Positions 1-8,745 of a DNA stretch of 64,000 nt are shown here, piece after piece (positions within the stretch are counted from its first letter, which is position 1; each line of letters opens with the position of its first letter). The position numbers were made by a program, and so were the translations under genes. The stretch comes from an uncultured Solirubrobacteraceae bacterium (GTDB lineage Bacteria > Actinomycetota > Thermoleophilia > Solirubrobacterales > Solirubrobacteraceae). The notes below the pieces were generated by a model. It made no database searches. It had not been told where the DNA came from and was given only the letters and a program-made list of their open reading frames with translations. The DNA lies in the NCBI GenBank assembly GCA_964588985.1, contig CAZPQW010000018.1, positions 8,442-72,441 on the forward strand. Reading direction: 5' to 3'.

Positions 1-1
1 C

Positions 2-208
2 GACGGCGAGCGCGTAGCAGTCTCGACCATGCCTCCTCCCACCATGCCTCCCCCCACCACGCCGCCCCCGACCATGCCGGCTCCGTCTGTGGCGCCCGGC
101 GCACACGCCTGCGCCGCCTGCGGGCAGGACAACCCGGCCGGGATGCGCTTTTGCCGAGGCTGCGGAGACAGTCTGACGGGCGCCTCGCAAACGCCGTCCC
201 CAAGCTAG
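2..208 (+). CDS. partial (5'-truncated) protein with Pro-rich linker and C-terminal zinc ribbon
   Basis: Frame 2 reads ...TMPPPTMPPPTTPPPTMPAP...CAACGQDNPAGMRFCRGCG..., stop TAG at 206-208. Not in the ORF track. Confidence 0.75.
   Translation, partial: DGERVAVSTMPPPTMPPPTTPPPTMPAPSVAPGAHACAACGQDNPAGMRFCRGCGDSLTGASQTPSPS
26..85 (+). repeat. four imperfect 15-nt tandem units (accatgcctcctccc-like) encoding TMPPP
   Basis: Seen directly; in frame within the partial CDS. Confidence 0.8.
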
Positions 209-260
209 CCGGCTCGCCGTTCAAAGCAGCGTTCACCGACAAGAGAGAAGGAGCAGATAG

Positions 261-812
261 ATGGCAGACAGGGCAACATGCGGTCAATGTTGTGCCACGA
301 TGGCCGCCGAGGATGCCTTCTGCGGTAGCTGTGGCTCTCCCGTATCCGCAGCAGCACCGACGGTGGTTCAGCCGGCCCCGCCGCGGACCCCGGCTCCAAG
401 CCAGCCGGTCGCTCCAGGACCGGCGGCGAGCGTTCCGGCGCCCGGCTGGTACCCGTCTCCCGACGGAAGCGGCCAGCGCTACTGGGACGGAGGGCAGTGG
501 ACGGGTCAGTCGAGCGGCTCGAGCACGGTCACGGTCGAACAGTCCCGTCCCTACCGGGTGCTTCGCACGGCGCGAGGGCTCTCGCTCCTGTTCGCCTGGC
601 TGACGCTCATCTTCGGCTCGATCGGGATCATCGTCGAGGTCGCGGGAGAGTCTGAAATCAACGTGGCGTCAGGGCTGTTCTTCCTGCTGCTGATCTTCCA
701 GATCGTGTGGCTCGGCCTCACGTGTGTGCTGCTGTTCTCCTATCCGGTCCTCATCAAGCTCTCGCTCGACAACGAGCGGGCTATGCGCGGCGCCGTTGGC
801 GGCGCGGCGTGA
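261..812 (+). CDS. zinc-ribbon + DUF2510-type membrane protein
   Basis: CGQC..CGSCG; PGWYPSPDGSGQRYWDGGQWT (DUF2510-like); two C-terminal TM helices; SD aaggag upstream. Confidence 0.8.
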   Translation: MADRATCGQCCATMAAEDAFCGSCGSPVSAAAPTVVQPAPPRTPAPSQPVAPGPAASVPAPGWYPSPDGSGQRYWDGGQWTGQSSGSSTVTVEQSRPYRVLRTARGLSLLFAWLTLIFGSIGIIVEVAGESEINVASGLFFLLLIFQIVWLGLTCVLLFSYPVLIKLSLDNERAMRGAVGGAA

Positions 813-837
813 TGACGGCCGCCGGCCGGAGGCATGG

Positions 838-1731
838 ATGAGCACCCCTACGACGGGCTCAACCTGCCAGGAGTGCGGCGCGGGGCGTCCTGCAGACGCG
901 AGGTTCTGCCGTCGTTGCGGCGCAGCGATCGCTGACAGCGGCGAAGCTCGCTCGACCGCTGCCGGCGCTTCGCCGCTCGGCGGATGCCCGAGCTGCCGAA
1001 CGGCTAACCCGCCAGGCACTCGCTTCTGCAGGAACTGCGGTCAATCTCTGGCGACCGCGACCGTGGCCGCGCGCGACCCCGCTCCGGCGGCCGCTTCGCC
1101 TGCTGTGCGGGCAGCATCCGCCGCGGAGCCGCCCAGATCCGCAGACGCAGGGAGGAACCGGCGGGTGATCGCGGCAGCTGCGCTGGCGCTCATGCTGGCC
1201 GTGGCCGGGGGAGCCACCGCATATCTGACCAGCAACCACCACGGCGCCCACCCGGCCACGCGTGCGGCCCACCCGTCTGCGGCCCGCAACCCGACGGCTG
1301 CTCTGGCCGCCGCGACGTCGAGCGCCGCGCCTACTTCCGGAGGTCCCGCATTCTCGGCCAGCGCCGCGCGCCGCGACATCGTTGGCCTGCTCGACACCTA
1401 TCAGAGCGCATACTCCGATCGAAGCACCGCAAGTCTGGCCCGCATCCTCTCGCCATCGGTGACGCGCCACGGACTGGCCGCCAGCGGTTGTGCCGTCTCG
1501 CACGGTCTGCAGGCCGTGCTCGGCGACTACCAGACTCAGTTCCAAGTCGGCACCGGCACCTACAGGCTGAACGGACTCTCCGAACAGACGATCGTTTTCG
1601 AGGGGACGACGGCGGCCCGCATCAGCGCGCGCTATCGAATCACCCCCGGCGGCAGCGGCTTCGTCAAATTCAAGTTCGGCGAAGCGGGCCGGGGATGGAA
1701 GATCAGCGAAATCTACGCTGCGTGCAGCTAG
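838..1731 (+). CDS. double zinc-ribbon, single-TM protein with NTF2-like extracellular C-terminus
   Basis: CQEC..FCRRCG and CPSC..FCRNCG; TM VIAAAALALMLAVAGG; ATG 838 after ggagg. Confidence 0.75.
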   Translation: MSTPTTGSTCQECGAGRPADARFCRRCGAAIADSGEARSTAAGASPLGGCPSCRTANPPGTRFCRNCGQSLATATVAARDPAPAAASPAVRAASAAEPPRSADAGRNRRVIAAAALALMLAVAGGATAYLTSNHHGAHPATRAAHPSAARNPTAALAAATSSAAPTSGGPAFSASAARRDIVGLLDTYQSAYSDRSTASLARILSPSVTRHGLAASGCAVSHGLQAVLGDYQTQFQVGTGTYRLNGLSEQTIVFEGTTAARISARYRITPGGSGFVKFKFGEAGRGWKISEIYAACS

Positions 1732-1776
1732 CGCTCGCCCGCGTCAGTCGCGAGCGTTATCGCGACAGCGGAGCGC

Positions 1777-2583
1777 CTATTTGACCGTGATCGTCCCGAA
1801 CATCCCCGCGGCACGGTGCCCGGGGGCCTGGCAGAAGAACGTGTACGTGCCCGGTTTCAGGTTGACCGTGACGGTCGCGGTGCCCTTGGTCGTGAACGTG
1901 CTCGCGCCCAGAACCGCGCCGCTGCCGCTCGCGCCGCCGGAGCCCGATTCGATCGCGATGTTGTGCGAGACGCCGGAGGTGTTGCCCATCGCGATCGTGA
2001 CCGAGCCGGGTTTCGCTTCAGCCTTGCTGGCAACGTAAGCGAGCTGACCGGAGGGGCTTGCGTCGATCTGGAGCTTGCCCGCCTTCTCCACGGCCGGCTT
2101 GCCCGCTCCGGGCGCTTCGACCGCGGTCGCGAGCAGCCCGTTGTCCTTGCCTGAGCGGTCGACCGCTTCCGAGACGTATGCCGCGATGTTCCGCAGCGTC
2201 TGGCCGCCGGTGATGTTTTTGGGCATCACGCCGCCGCGGTTGGGGTTGAGCACCTGGCCTTCGATCACGCCGCGCACCGAGCTGCGCTCGAGGCCTTCCG
2301 CGAGGCTCGACCGGAACGCTTCGTCGAGGTTCGGCCCCACGATGCCTTTCGTTTCGGCGCGCGCCAGCGTGTGGCAGGAGCCGCATTTGGCGACGAACGC
2401 CTGCTTGCCCGCGATCAGGTTGGCGTTGTCGGCGCCCTTGACAGAGCAGCCGGCCGCAGCCAGCGCGAGCGCGACGAGCAGGCCGCCGGATCCGGCGCGC
2501 AGCACGACGTCTAGCACGCCTCTGCGGGTCGCAGCGCTGGAGGTGTGGTGTGTGTGGAAGATGCTCATAAGCGGGCGGAACAC
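1777..2583 (-). CDS. lipoprotein fusing cytochrome c and a cupredoxin (plastocyanin/azurin-like) domain
   Basis: Lipobox AAGC; heme motif CGSCH with distal VMP; type-1 Cu ligands HN...CQAPGHRAAGM. True start may be downstream. Confidence 0.8.
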   Translation of the reverse strand: MFRPLMSIFHTHHTSSAATRRGVLDVVLRAGSGGLLVALALAAAGCSVKGADNANLIAGKQAFVAKCGSCHTLARAETKGIVGPNLDEAFRSSLAEGLERSSVRGVIEGQVLNPNRGGVMPKNITGGQTLRNIAAYVSEAVDRSGKDNGLLATAVEAPGAGKPAVEKAGKLQIDASPSGQLAYVASKAEAKPGSVTIAMGNTSGVSHNIAIESGSGGASGSGAVLGASTFTTKGTATVTVNLKPGTYTFFCQAPGHRAAGMFGTITVK

Positions 2584-2672
2584 TATCCGAACGGGCGGCT
2601 GCCTCGACGCCTGCCCGAGCGGCCGGATGCGCGCGCAACCCGTGCCATTCGCGCTCAGGTAAAGTGCCCGCC

Positions 2673-2936
2673 ATGAGCACGAACCAGCGCTACCGCCTAC
2701 GCAACCCCGCCACCGGCCGCGAGATCATCGCCGAGGCGACGCCCGGGGAGATCTACCTCGACCGCGACACCGGCAAGCCGATGGATGTCGTCGGGAAGGT
2801 GCTTCCCCTCGCGCCCTCCGCCTCGCGCCTTCCGTGGTCGGTCGAGAACCTCCGGTTCTGCCCCTGGTGCGACCAGATGGCGCAGAAGGACCTCAACGAC
2901 TGCCCCACGTGCCAAAGGCGCATGGGCCCGCTGTGA
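2673..2936 (+). CDS. small zinc-ribbon protein
   Basis: CPWC..CPTC; ATG 2673 lies 7 nt after TAAAGT, so probably leaderless. Confidence 0.7.
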   Translation: MSTNQRYRLRNPATGREIIAEATPGEIYLDRDTGKPMDVVGKVLPLAPSASRLPWSVENLRFCPWCDQMAQKDLNDCPTCQRRMGPL

Positions 2937-3325
2937 GAGCCCGTTTCGCGGTGAGCGCGTGCGTCGCGCTCCTGGCAGGCGTCTCACTCGGAGCGTGCGG
3001 CTCCAGCAGCGTCTCCGACGCGGTGCCCAAGAGCACGCCGGAAATCATCCCACCGTCGGACACGAGCGCGGAAAAGGCCGCCGTTCAGACAACCTCCACG
3101 TCGACCACGTCGACCAAAACCTCGACCAGCGCCTCGAGCGAAAGCTCCACCGGCGAATCCTCCTCCGAAGGCGAAAGCTCGACCGGCGAATCGTCCTCCG
3201 GCTCGGGCGAAGCGACCCCCTCGGGCGGCGCCTCGGCGGAAAAAGAAAAAGCGCCCGCCAAAGAAGAATCCAAAAAAGAATCCTCCGCCGAATCGAGCCC
3301 CACCGGCGGCTCCAGCGCTCCCTAG
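2933..3325 (+). CDS. Ser/Thr/Glu-rich low-complexity lipoprotein
   Basis: GTG overlapping the previous stop (GTGA); lipobox LGAC; duplicated ESSTGESSS. Confidence 0.7.
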   Translation: MRARFAVSACVALLAGVSLGACGSSSVSDAVPKSTPEIIPPSDTSAEKAAVQTTSTSTTSTKTSTSASSESSTGESSSEGESSTGESSSGSGEATPSGGASAEKEKAPAKEESKKESSAESSPTGGSSAP

Positions 3326-3332
3326 CTCAGAG

Positions 3333-4007
3333 CTACGGAGTGGAGACGAGCGTCGCGCTGTAGGTCAGGCGCGCGGTCTGGTAGAGGCAGTAGTACTGCG
3401 TGGACGAGCCGACCGTCGTCTGCGTGGTCTGCGAGCTCGTGCTCGTGCACCCGCCCTTGGGCCTGCTCGCGCGCCAGGAGGTGTCGTTGCCGAAGCCGAG
3501 CGCCAGCGCGGGCGCCCACGAGGGCACCGTGAGGGCGACCACGTCGCCCTTCTTCACCGGGATCGTCGTTTCGAGCGCGAACTGCGCGGTCTTGCCGAAG
3601 TACGGTTCGAGTTTGACCATCGGGCTCTGCGCGATCAGCTTGTAGGTCAGTTTGGCGTTGCGGACCGCGCGGACGATCGAGATGCCCGCTTCGGAGGGAC
3701 CGCCCTCGTTGGCGTTGAAGAACTTGACCTGGGTCGCGTTGGGCTTGCCCAGCGTGATCGTCCACGCCACGATCGTCCCGCTGCGCGGGGCGCTGAGGAT
3801 GTTGCGCGAGGTGCCCACCTTGACCTGGAAGCCGGTCGTGCGGCTGACCGCAAGGCAGGGGCTCGCGGGGCAGCTGGGGGCTGTGACGGGGGTGGTCGCG
3901 CCGATCACGCCCACTTCGCTGAGTGTCGCCGGCGCGGTGGCCGGGAGGATGAGCGCGAGCGCGAGGATCGCGGGGATGGCAAGGTGTAGTCGTCTCATAT
4001 GTGCCAT
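3333..4007 (-). CDS. secreted hypothetical protein
   Basis: Signal peptide ending APA; GC-rich third codon positions; Cys pairs. Confidence 0.7.
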   Translation of the reverse strand: MAHMRRLHLAIPAILALALILPATAPATLSEVGVIGATTPVTAPSCPASPCLAVSRTTGFQVKVGTSRNILSAPRSGTIVAWTITLGKPNATQVKFFNANEGGPSEAGISIVRAVRNAKLTYKLIAQSPMVKLEPYFGKTAQFALETTIPVKKGDVVALTVPSWAPALALGFGNDTSWRASRPKGGCTSTSSQTTQTTVGSSTQYYCLYQTARLTYSATLVSTP

Positions 4008-4049
4008 TCAACACGCCGTGGCGCTCTTTGTAGCGGTTGAATAATTTCG

Positions 4050-4463
4050 CTACCGCCCGCCGAGTTCCTGCGCCGCGGCCGCGATCTCCTCCGAGTCGCC
4101 CGCCGACGGCACCCACGGCAGCCGCAGCGGATCGTCCTCGTAGCGCGGGATCACGTGCACGTGGAAGTGGAACACCGTCTGCCAAGCGCTCGCGCCGCAC
4201 GAGTTGAGCAGGTTCACGCCGTCCGCCCCCAGGCGCTCCTCCATGCGCCCCGCGAGCCGTTGCGCCGCGATCGCCACGGCCTGCAGATCCTCCGGCTCGA
4301 CGCTCAGAAGATCTGTCGCGTGCGCCCGCGGGATCACGAGCGCGTGTCCGCGCGTCGCCGGGGCGATGTCCATGAAAGCGATCGTGCGCTCGTCTTCGTC
4401 GACGATCGTCGACGGCAGCTCGCCGGCGACGATCTTGCAGAAGATGCACGCTGGGTCGGTCAT
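4050..4463 (-). CDS. HIT family hydrolase
   Basis: CIFCKI N-terminus; histidine triad HFHVH. Confidence 0.93.
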   Translation of the reverse strand: MTDPACIFCKIVAGELPSTIVDEDERTIAFMDIAPATRGHALVIPRAHATDLLSVEPEDLQAVAIAAQRLAGRMEERLGADGVNLLNSCGASAWQTVFHFHVHVIPRYEDDPLRLPWVPSAGDSEEIAAAAQELGGR

Positions 4464-4476
4464 CGGTGAGGGAAGC

Positions 4477-5904
4477 CTAGATGTTCTCGCTCAGCTTGCG
4501 CGCGTGGTCGAGCGCCTGCTCGCGCGTGAGCACCTCGCCCGCGTACTGCGCCTCGGCGAGAGCCTCCAGCAGCTCCCCCACCCGCGGGCCCGTCGCGATG
4601 CCGAGCTCCGCCGCCAGCTCGTCGCCGCGCAGCAGCGGCCGCGGCGGGCCATCCGCGTGCCAGCCCAGCCCCGCCTCGAGCAGCTGGCGCGCGACGAGCA
4701 TGTGCTCCGCGATCGCCTCCTGTGCGCGGTCCCCGCGCGTCGCCAGACGGTCGGCGATCGACAGCAGCGTCACGTCGACCTCCACCGGCGCGCACCTGCG
4801 CATGTACGAGAACAGCGTGTGCTGCGACAGCGGCTGCGGCTCGTGGATCAGGAAGCCCGCGCGCAGGTGGTGGCGCACGAGCGCCGCCACGTGGGCGCGC
4901 AGGCGCTCGCTCGCGCGCAGACGCGTCAGCACCGTCCGCGCGAGCTGGGAGCCCAGCTCGTCGTGGCCGACGAACGTCACGCGCCCGTCGTGCTGGCGCA
5001 CCTCGCGGGTGGGGGGCTTGGCGGCGTCGTGCAGCAGCGCTCCCCAGCGCAGCGCCTCGCCGCGCGTCATCTCATCCGCGAGCGGCTCCGCGAGCAGCTG
5101 CGTCACCTGCTCCCCGTGCTCGCCGATCGCCGTGTCCAAAGTCTCGGCGTGTGTGGCCGCGCCGGTCGTCGTCAGCTCGACCGTTCCCTGGAGCACCTCG
5201 AGCGTGTGCTCGTACACGTCGAGGTGATGGAAGCGGCTCTGCTCGACGCCGCGCAGCTCCTCCAGCTCCGGCAGGACCGCCGCCGTCGCTCCGATCGCGC
5301 CCATCGTCTCGATGCCCTGCCGGGCGTGCGGGGTCGCGAGGATCCGGCGCAGCTCGACGAACACGCGCTCGCTGGAAACCTCGTACAGCCCTCGCGCCTC
5401 CGCCGCGGCGCCGCGCAGCGCCTGCTCGTCCGGCTCCATGCCCAGCTCGACCGCCACGCGCACCAGGCGCAGCACGCGCAGCGGGTCATCCGCGAACGCG
5501 CCCGGGCCGGCCATCCGCAGCCGCTTCGCGCGCAGGTCCTCGACGCCGCCCAGCGGGTCGATCGGCTCTCCCCCGTCCAGCTCGCGGGCGATCGCGTTGA
5601 CGGTGAAGTCGCGCAGCGCGAGGTCCGCCTCGATCGTCTCCCCGCGCAGCGGCTCCACGTCCACCTGCCACGAGCGGTCGCGCGCAACCACGCGCCAGGA
5701 CCCGAACTCCTCCGACAGAGCGAAGCACGCGGCGCGCCCTCCTGCACGAGCGACCGCGCGCGCGGCCTGTGCGGGGTCGCCGTCGACCACGATGTCGACG
5801 TCCGCCGTGTCCCTCCCCAGCAGCTCGTCGCGAACCGTCCCTCCCACCACCCACGCGGGCGTGCCCGCGAGCGCCGTGCGAACCACGTCGAGGCCGGGGC
5901 TCAT
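4477..5904 (-). CDS. class II tRNA nucleotidyltransferase (likely CC-adding type) with HD domain
   Basis: VGGTVRD..DVD, RDFTVNA, DDPLRVLR, LLHDAAKP. Confidence 0.85.
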   Translation of the reverse strand: MSPGLDVVRTALAGTPAWVVGGTVRDELLGRDTADVDIVVDGDPAQAARAVARAGGRAACFALSEEFGSWRVVARDRSWQVDVEPLRGETIEADLALRDFTVNAIARELDGGEPIDPLGGVEDLRAKRLRMAGPGAFADDPLRVLRLVRVAVELGMEPDEQALRGAAAEARGLYEVSSERVFVELRRILATPHARQGIETMGAIGATAAVLPELEELRGVEQSRFHHLDVYEHTLEVLQGTVELTTTGAATHAETLDTAIGEHGEQVTQLLAEPLADEMTRGEALRWGALLHDAAKPPTREVRQHDGRVTFVGHDELGSQLARTVLTRLRASERLRAHVAALVRHHLRAGFLIHEPQPLSQHTLFSYMRRCAPVEVDVTLLSIADRLATRGDRAQEAIAEHMLVARQLLEAGLGWHADGPPRPLLRGDELAAELGIATGPRVGELLEALAEAQYAGEVLTREQALDHARKLSENI

Positions 5905-5932
5905 GTCGAGCGCGCGTCCACCCCGCCCGCGC

Positions 5933-7120
5933 TCACGGCGCCGCGCCCGCGTCGATCGGCTTACCGTCGCGGTGGTAGATGCGCGGCACGCGCGGCGTCA
6001 GCGCGCACGTGACCTCGTAGTTGATCGTGTCGAGGCGGCGGGCGACCTCCTCCGCGGTGATCCGCTCGTTGCCCTGGATGCCGATCAGGATCGCGCGCTC
6101 GCCGCGCAGGCTCTCCACTCCGTCCTCCGCGCCGAGGTCCACCGTGATCGAGTCCATGCTCACCGTGCCCACCAGCGGATGGCGATGCCCGCCGATCAGC
6201 ACGTCCGCGTTGTTCGACAGCCCGCGCCGCCAGCCATCGCCGTAGCCGATCGGCAGCACCGCGATGCACGTGTCGTGCTCGGCCACGAACTGGCGCCCGT
6301 AGCCCGCGCTCTCCCCAACCGCGCACGGCTTGATCTCGGCCACGTAGGAGCTCAGCTCGAGCGCCGGCTCGAGCGCGCGCGCCGCGGGGTCCTTGCCGAA
6401 CGGGTCCATGCCGTAGATCGCGATTCCGCAGCGGACCATGTCGAACTGCGCATCCTCATCGCGCAGCATCGCCGCGCTGTTGGCCGCGTGGACGATCAGG
6501 TCCGGCTGCGCCTCCTTGAGGCCTCGTGACCAGGCCGTGAACGCCGCCAGCTGACCCGCGAAGAACCCGTCGTCGCGCAGGTCGTCCGCGGTCGCGAAGT
6601 GCGTCATCACGCCCACCAAGCTCACGCCCAGAGCCTCGCGCGCGGCGCTCGCCACGCGCGTCGCCTCGACGGGGTCGCGCGTGCCGAGGCGACCCATGCC
6701 CGAGTCGAACTTCACGTGCACCCGCCCGCCGCCGGCCGCCGAGACCATGTCCAGATAGCTCTCGTTCCACACCACCACGTCGGCGTCCGCCGCGAGCGCC
6801 TGCCTCAACTCGGCCTCCGTCAGCGGGCCCATCACGAGCACCCGCACCTCGCGCAGCCCCGCCTCGCGCAGCTCCCGCGCCTCACGCGGGCTCGCCACCG
6901 CCAGCCACGTCGCACCGCCCGCGATCGCCGCTCGCGCGCTCTGCACCGCCCCGTGGCCGTAGCCGTCGGCCTTCACCACCGCGCACAACGCCGCATCGTC
7001 GTGCAGCGCTGTGCGCAGGCGCGCGCAGTTGCGCGCGATCGCCGCCACGTTCACCATCGCCTGCGCCCTCAGTGCAGCCAGCTGCTCATCCTGCGTCCCC
7101 ACAGCGATCGGGTCAGCCAT
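5933..7120 (-). CDS. alr: alanine racemase
   Basis: VVKADGYGHG (PLP Lys), DSGMGRLG, GYG, GTVSMD, INYE; ATG 7120 overlaps the nnr stop. Confidence 0.95.
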   Translation of the reverse strand: MADPIAVGTQDEQLAALRAQAMVNVAAIARNCARLRTALHDDAALCAVVKADGYGHGAVQSARAAIAGGATWLAVASPREARELREAGLREVRVLVMGPLTEAELRQALAADADVVVWNESYLDMVSAAGGGRVHVKFDSGMGRLGTRDPVEATRVASAAREALGVSLVGVMTHFATADDLRDDGFFAGQLAAFTAWSRGLKEAQPDLIVHAANSAAMLRDEDAQFDMVRCGIAIYGMDPFGKDPAARALEPALELSSYVAEIKPCAVGESAGYGRQFVAEHDTCIAVLPIGYGDGWRRGLSNNADVLIGGHRHPLVGTVSMDSITVDLGAEDGVESLRGERAILIGIQGNERITAEEVARRLDTINYEVTCALTPRVPRIYHRDGKPIDAGAAP

Positions 7121-8672
7121 CGACTCCCCGCTCCTCTCCCTGCTCCCGGTATCCATCCACGCGTCCCGCCACGATCGCGTCGATCACGTCGCTCGCCACG
7201 ACGCCCTCCGCCAATTCGACTCTTCGGGCCGCCTCCCTGCCTGCGCGGGCGTGCAGCCACACTCCCGCCGCGGCCGCCGTGAACGCGTCGAGGCCCTGCG
7301 CGAGCAGCGCCGCGACGATGCCCGTGAGCACGTCGCCCGTGCCGGCTGTCGCCAGGGCCGGGCTCGCGCCGCGGCTCACCGCCACCGTCCCGTCGGGCGC
7401 CGCCACCAGCGTGTCGTCGCCCTTCAGCACCACCACCGCCGCCGAGCGCTCCGCCGCCTCGCGCACGTGGCGCAACCGGTCGCGTTCGACCTCCTCGCCG
7501 CCGTCGAGCTCCAGCAGCCGCGCCAGCTCGCCCGCGTGGGGCGTCAGCACAGTAGCGGCGCTCCGGCCCGCGAGGTCCTCGAGCCGGCCGGCATGGGCGT
7601 TCAGCCCGTCCGCGTCGAGCACCAGCGGGACCTGAGCGTCGTTCGCGAGCGTGCGCGCGAACGCAACCGCGCCGTCGCTGCGCCCCAGCCCCGGCCCGAG
7701 CGCGAGTGCGCCGCCGCGCTCGATCAAGCGCAGCACCTGCGCCACGCCCTCGGATGTAAGCGCGCCGTCCTCGTCGGGTAGACCGACGGTCATCAGCTCC
7801 GGCGTGCCGCTCGACGCGAGGATCGTCTGCAGCGACGCGGGCACGCACGCGGTCACGTAGCCAGCGCCGGCGCGCATGCTCGCGCGCGCCGTCATCGTCG
7901 GCGCGCCCGTCAGCCCGCGCGAGCCTCCCGCCACCAGCACGTGCCCCGAGGTGAACTTCGTCGAGGACGCGCCCCTGCGCGGAAGCAAAGCCAAAACCGA
8001 CGCCTCGATCAATCCAATCCTCGCCTCGCCAGGAGCGCCGCGCGGGATGCCGATGTCGACCGTCTCGACCTCCCCAGCGTGCGCCTTGCCAGGGCGGATC
8101 CACAGTCCCGGCTTGGCCGCGTGGAACGTCACCGTCCGGTCGGCCCACACCGCCCTGCCTGCGACCACGCCCGTGGACGCGTCCACGCCGCTCGGCACGT
8201 CCACCGCGATCACCTGAGCGCTCGAGGAGTTGATCGCGTCGATCGCGTCGGCGACCGCGCCGCGCGGCTCGCCCTCGAACCCCGTGCCCAGGAGCGCGTC
8301 CACGACCACCCCGCAGCTCTCGAGCGGCCCGTCCAGCTGCGCGGGCGGCGCACCCGAGAGCCGTTCGAGGTTCGTCAGCGCGTCGCCCTTGAACTCGCCC
8401 GATGGCGCGGTGCAGATCACGCTCACCGCCCGTCCCGCGTCGCGCAGCAGCCGCGCCACCACGAGGCCGTCGCCGCCGTTGTTGCCCTTGCCGCACACAA
8501 CCGTCACCGGGCCATCCGGGGCTGCGCTCTCCACCGCCCGTGCCACCGCCGCCCCGGCGCGCTCCATCAGGTCGAGCCCCGGCACGCCGCGCTCGTCGAT
8601 CGCCCAGCGGTCCACAGCGCGCATCGACTCCGCAGGCAGCAACGGCGTCAGCCAAGGGGGCAGCGCGTTCAC
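7113..8672 (-). CDS. nnr: bifunctional NAD(P)H-hydrate epimerase/dehydratase
   Basis: LMERAG, GKGNNGGDG, DALLGTG, DVPSG; GPGLG, DADGLN, TPHAGE, TAGTGDVL. Confidence 0.93.
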   Translation of the reverse strand: MNALPPWLTPLLPAESMRAVDRWAIDERGVPGLDLMERAGAAVARAVESAAPDGPVTVVCGKGNNGGDGLVVARLLRDAGRAVSVICTAPSGEFKGDALTNLERLSGAPPAQLDGPLESCGVVVDALLGTGFEGEPRGAVADAIDAINSSSAQVIAVDVPSGVDASTGVVAGRAVWADRTVTFHAAKPGLWIRPGKAHAGEVETVDIGIPRGAPGEARIGLIEASVLALLPRRGASSTKFTSGHVLVAGGSRGLTGAPTMTARASMRAGAGYVTACVPASLQTILASSGTPELMTVGLPDEDGALTSEGVAQVLRLIERGGALALGPGLGRSDGAVAFARTLANDAQVPLVLDADGLNAHAGRLEDLAGRSAATVLTPHAGELARLLELDGGEEVERDRLRHVREAAERSAAVVVLKGDDTLVAAPDGTVAVSRGASPALATAGTGDVLTGIVAALLAQGLDAFTAAAAGVWLHARAGREAARRVELAEGVVASDVIDAIVAGRVDGYREQGEERGVDG

Positions 8673-8745
8673 GATGAAGCGATGCTAGATGGTTGCTCCG
8701 TCGGTGGCACTCGCTGTCTCCAGCGCCATCCGAAAGGGCTCCCGA

